This document shows positions 63,597 through 64,000 of a stretch of DNA of 64,000 nt, piece after piece. The notes beneath the pieces were generated by a model. That model had not been told where the DNA came from and searched no databases. It saw only the letters and a program-made list of their open reading frames with translations. The stretch is from the NCBI GenBank assembly GCA_963763255.1, contig CAVXNW010000006.1:48670-112669 (forward strand), in the 5' to 3' direction. Each line of letters opens with the position of its first letter. The stretch's first letter is position 1. The translations under genes and the position numbers were made by a program. Source of the stretch: an uncultured Alphaproteobacteria bacterium. Lineage in GTDB: Bacteria; Pseudomonadota; Alphaproteobacteria; Rhizobiales; Xanthobacteraceae.

Positions 63597-63610
63597 TTGA
63601 CGAAGATCAA
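63597..63610. promoter_or_regulatory. FixK/FNR-type box TTGACGAAGATCAA in the divergent flavoprotein / NapC-like promoter region
   Basis: TTGA-N6-TCAA match centred about 98 bp from the flavoprotein ATG (minus strand) and about 85 bp from the NapC-like ATG (plus strand). Confidence 0.6.
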
Positions 63611-63688
63611 TCTGGAGTCTGTCCGCTTACCCTATGAAGGTTGCGGAGCGCCGCGGGTGTCAGCCTTGCCATGTCTGGGAGATTTCGG

Positions 63689-64000
63689 ATGCGACGATGG
63701 CTTGTGATTTGCTCGCTACTCATTATCGGAGCAGCGGTTGGCGCTGGGGGGATCGTCGCCAGCACCTTCGTTAATCAGATTACGTCCACGGAGGCGTTTT
63801 GTACGTCCTGCCATTCGATGGCGAATGTGGCTGCCGATCCACACTACTTGCAGTCCGCGCATCGAAATAACGCTGCCGGAGTTCTGGCCAGCTGCGCTGA
63901 CTGCCACGTCCCCTCGAACAATTGGTTCGTCGAAACCTATTCGCACGTCGTTGACGGAATTCGCGACGAGATTGCCGAGCACACCAGCAAATTCAATGAT
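63689..64000 (+). CDS. NapC/NirT/CymA-family membrane-anchored multihaem cytochrome c quinol dehydrogenase (N-terminal 104 codons; continues beyond window)
   Basis: My translation is MRRWLVICSLLIIGAAVGAGGIVASTFVNQITSTEAFCTSCHSM...SCADCHVPSNNWFVETYSHVVDGIRD. It has an N-terminal TM anchor, the first two CxxCH motifs and the family-typical spacing. Confidence 0.85.
   Translation, partial: MRRWLVICSLLIIGAAVGAGGIVASTFVNQITSTEAFCTSCHSMANVAADPHYLQSAHRNNAAGVLASCADCHVPSNNWFVETYSHVVDGIRDEIAEHTSKFND

Noticed and set aside
1-64000. Mobile elements, prophage, integrative island borders or defence systems
   Set aside because: I recognised no transposase, integrase, recombinase, phage structural, restriction-modification, toxin-antitoxin or nuclease/ATPase defence-type gene, and there is no tRNA attachment site. 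The only rearrangement evidence is the cstA scar, reported as a finding.

Overview
This is a high-GC alphaproteobacterial chromosomal window. The palindromic REP families, Bug/TctC binding protein and FixK-type regulator suggest a Bradyrhizobium/Rhodopseudomonas-like genome. It is densely coding, with about 55 credible CDS. I saw no rRNA, tRNA, CRISPR array, transposase or integrase. Many long ORFs in the six-frame track are antisense shadows of real genes, as expected at this GC content. Gene content by region: (a) 3.7-7.6 kb holds an ECF sigma factor, an orphan receiver, a FixJ/LuxR regulator and a double-GAF histidine kinase. (b) 7.8-27.5 kb holds chrA, a UbiD decarboxylase, a beta-helix protein, a Rieske-FAD reductase, a ricin-lectin/His-Pro protein, a BamA-family protein and a LysR-linked catabolic cluster. 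(c) 27.6-38.9 kb holds an MFS transporter, a His-rich repeat protein, a 1 kb non-coding REP-rich gap, a molybdoenzyme subunit, an FG-GAP-like repeat protein and a C-S lyase. (d) 39-47 kb holds LysR, TetR, three tiny secreted proteins and an RND pump. (e) 47.6-64 kb holds two PHA synthases, a Usp gene with an in-frame stop, a CBS-BON protein, a FixK-type regulator, a nitroreductase, host-attachment/ChaB genes, a Tat-exported PaoABC-like molybdoenzyme, a scrambled cstA remnant and a split periplasmic flavocytochrome module. The main result is ten perfect TTGA-N6-TCAA (FixK/FNR) boxes, all in intergenic DNA, eight of them in the last 17 kb. They tie the flavocytochrome module, the PHA synthases and two histidine-rich secreted proteins into a putative low-oxygen regulon. 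All functional calls come from motif recognition by eye, so each needs a database search to confirm.
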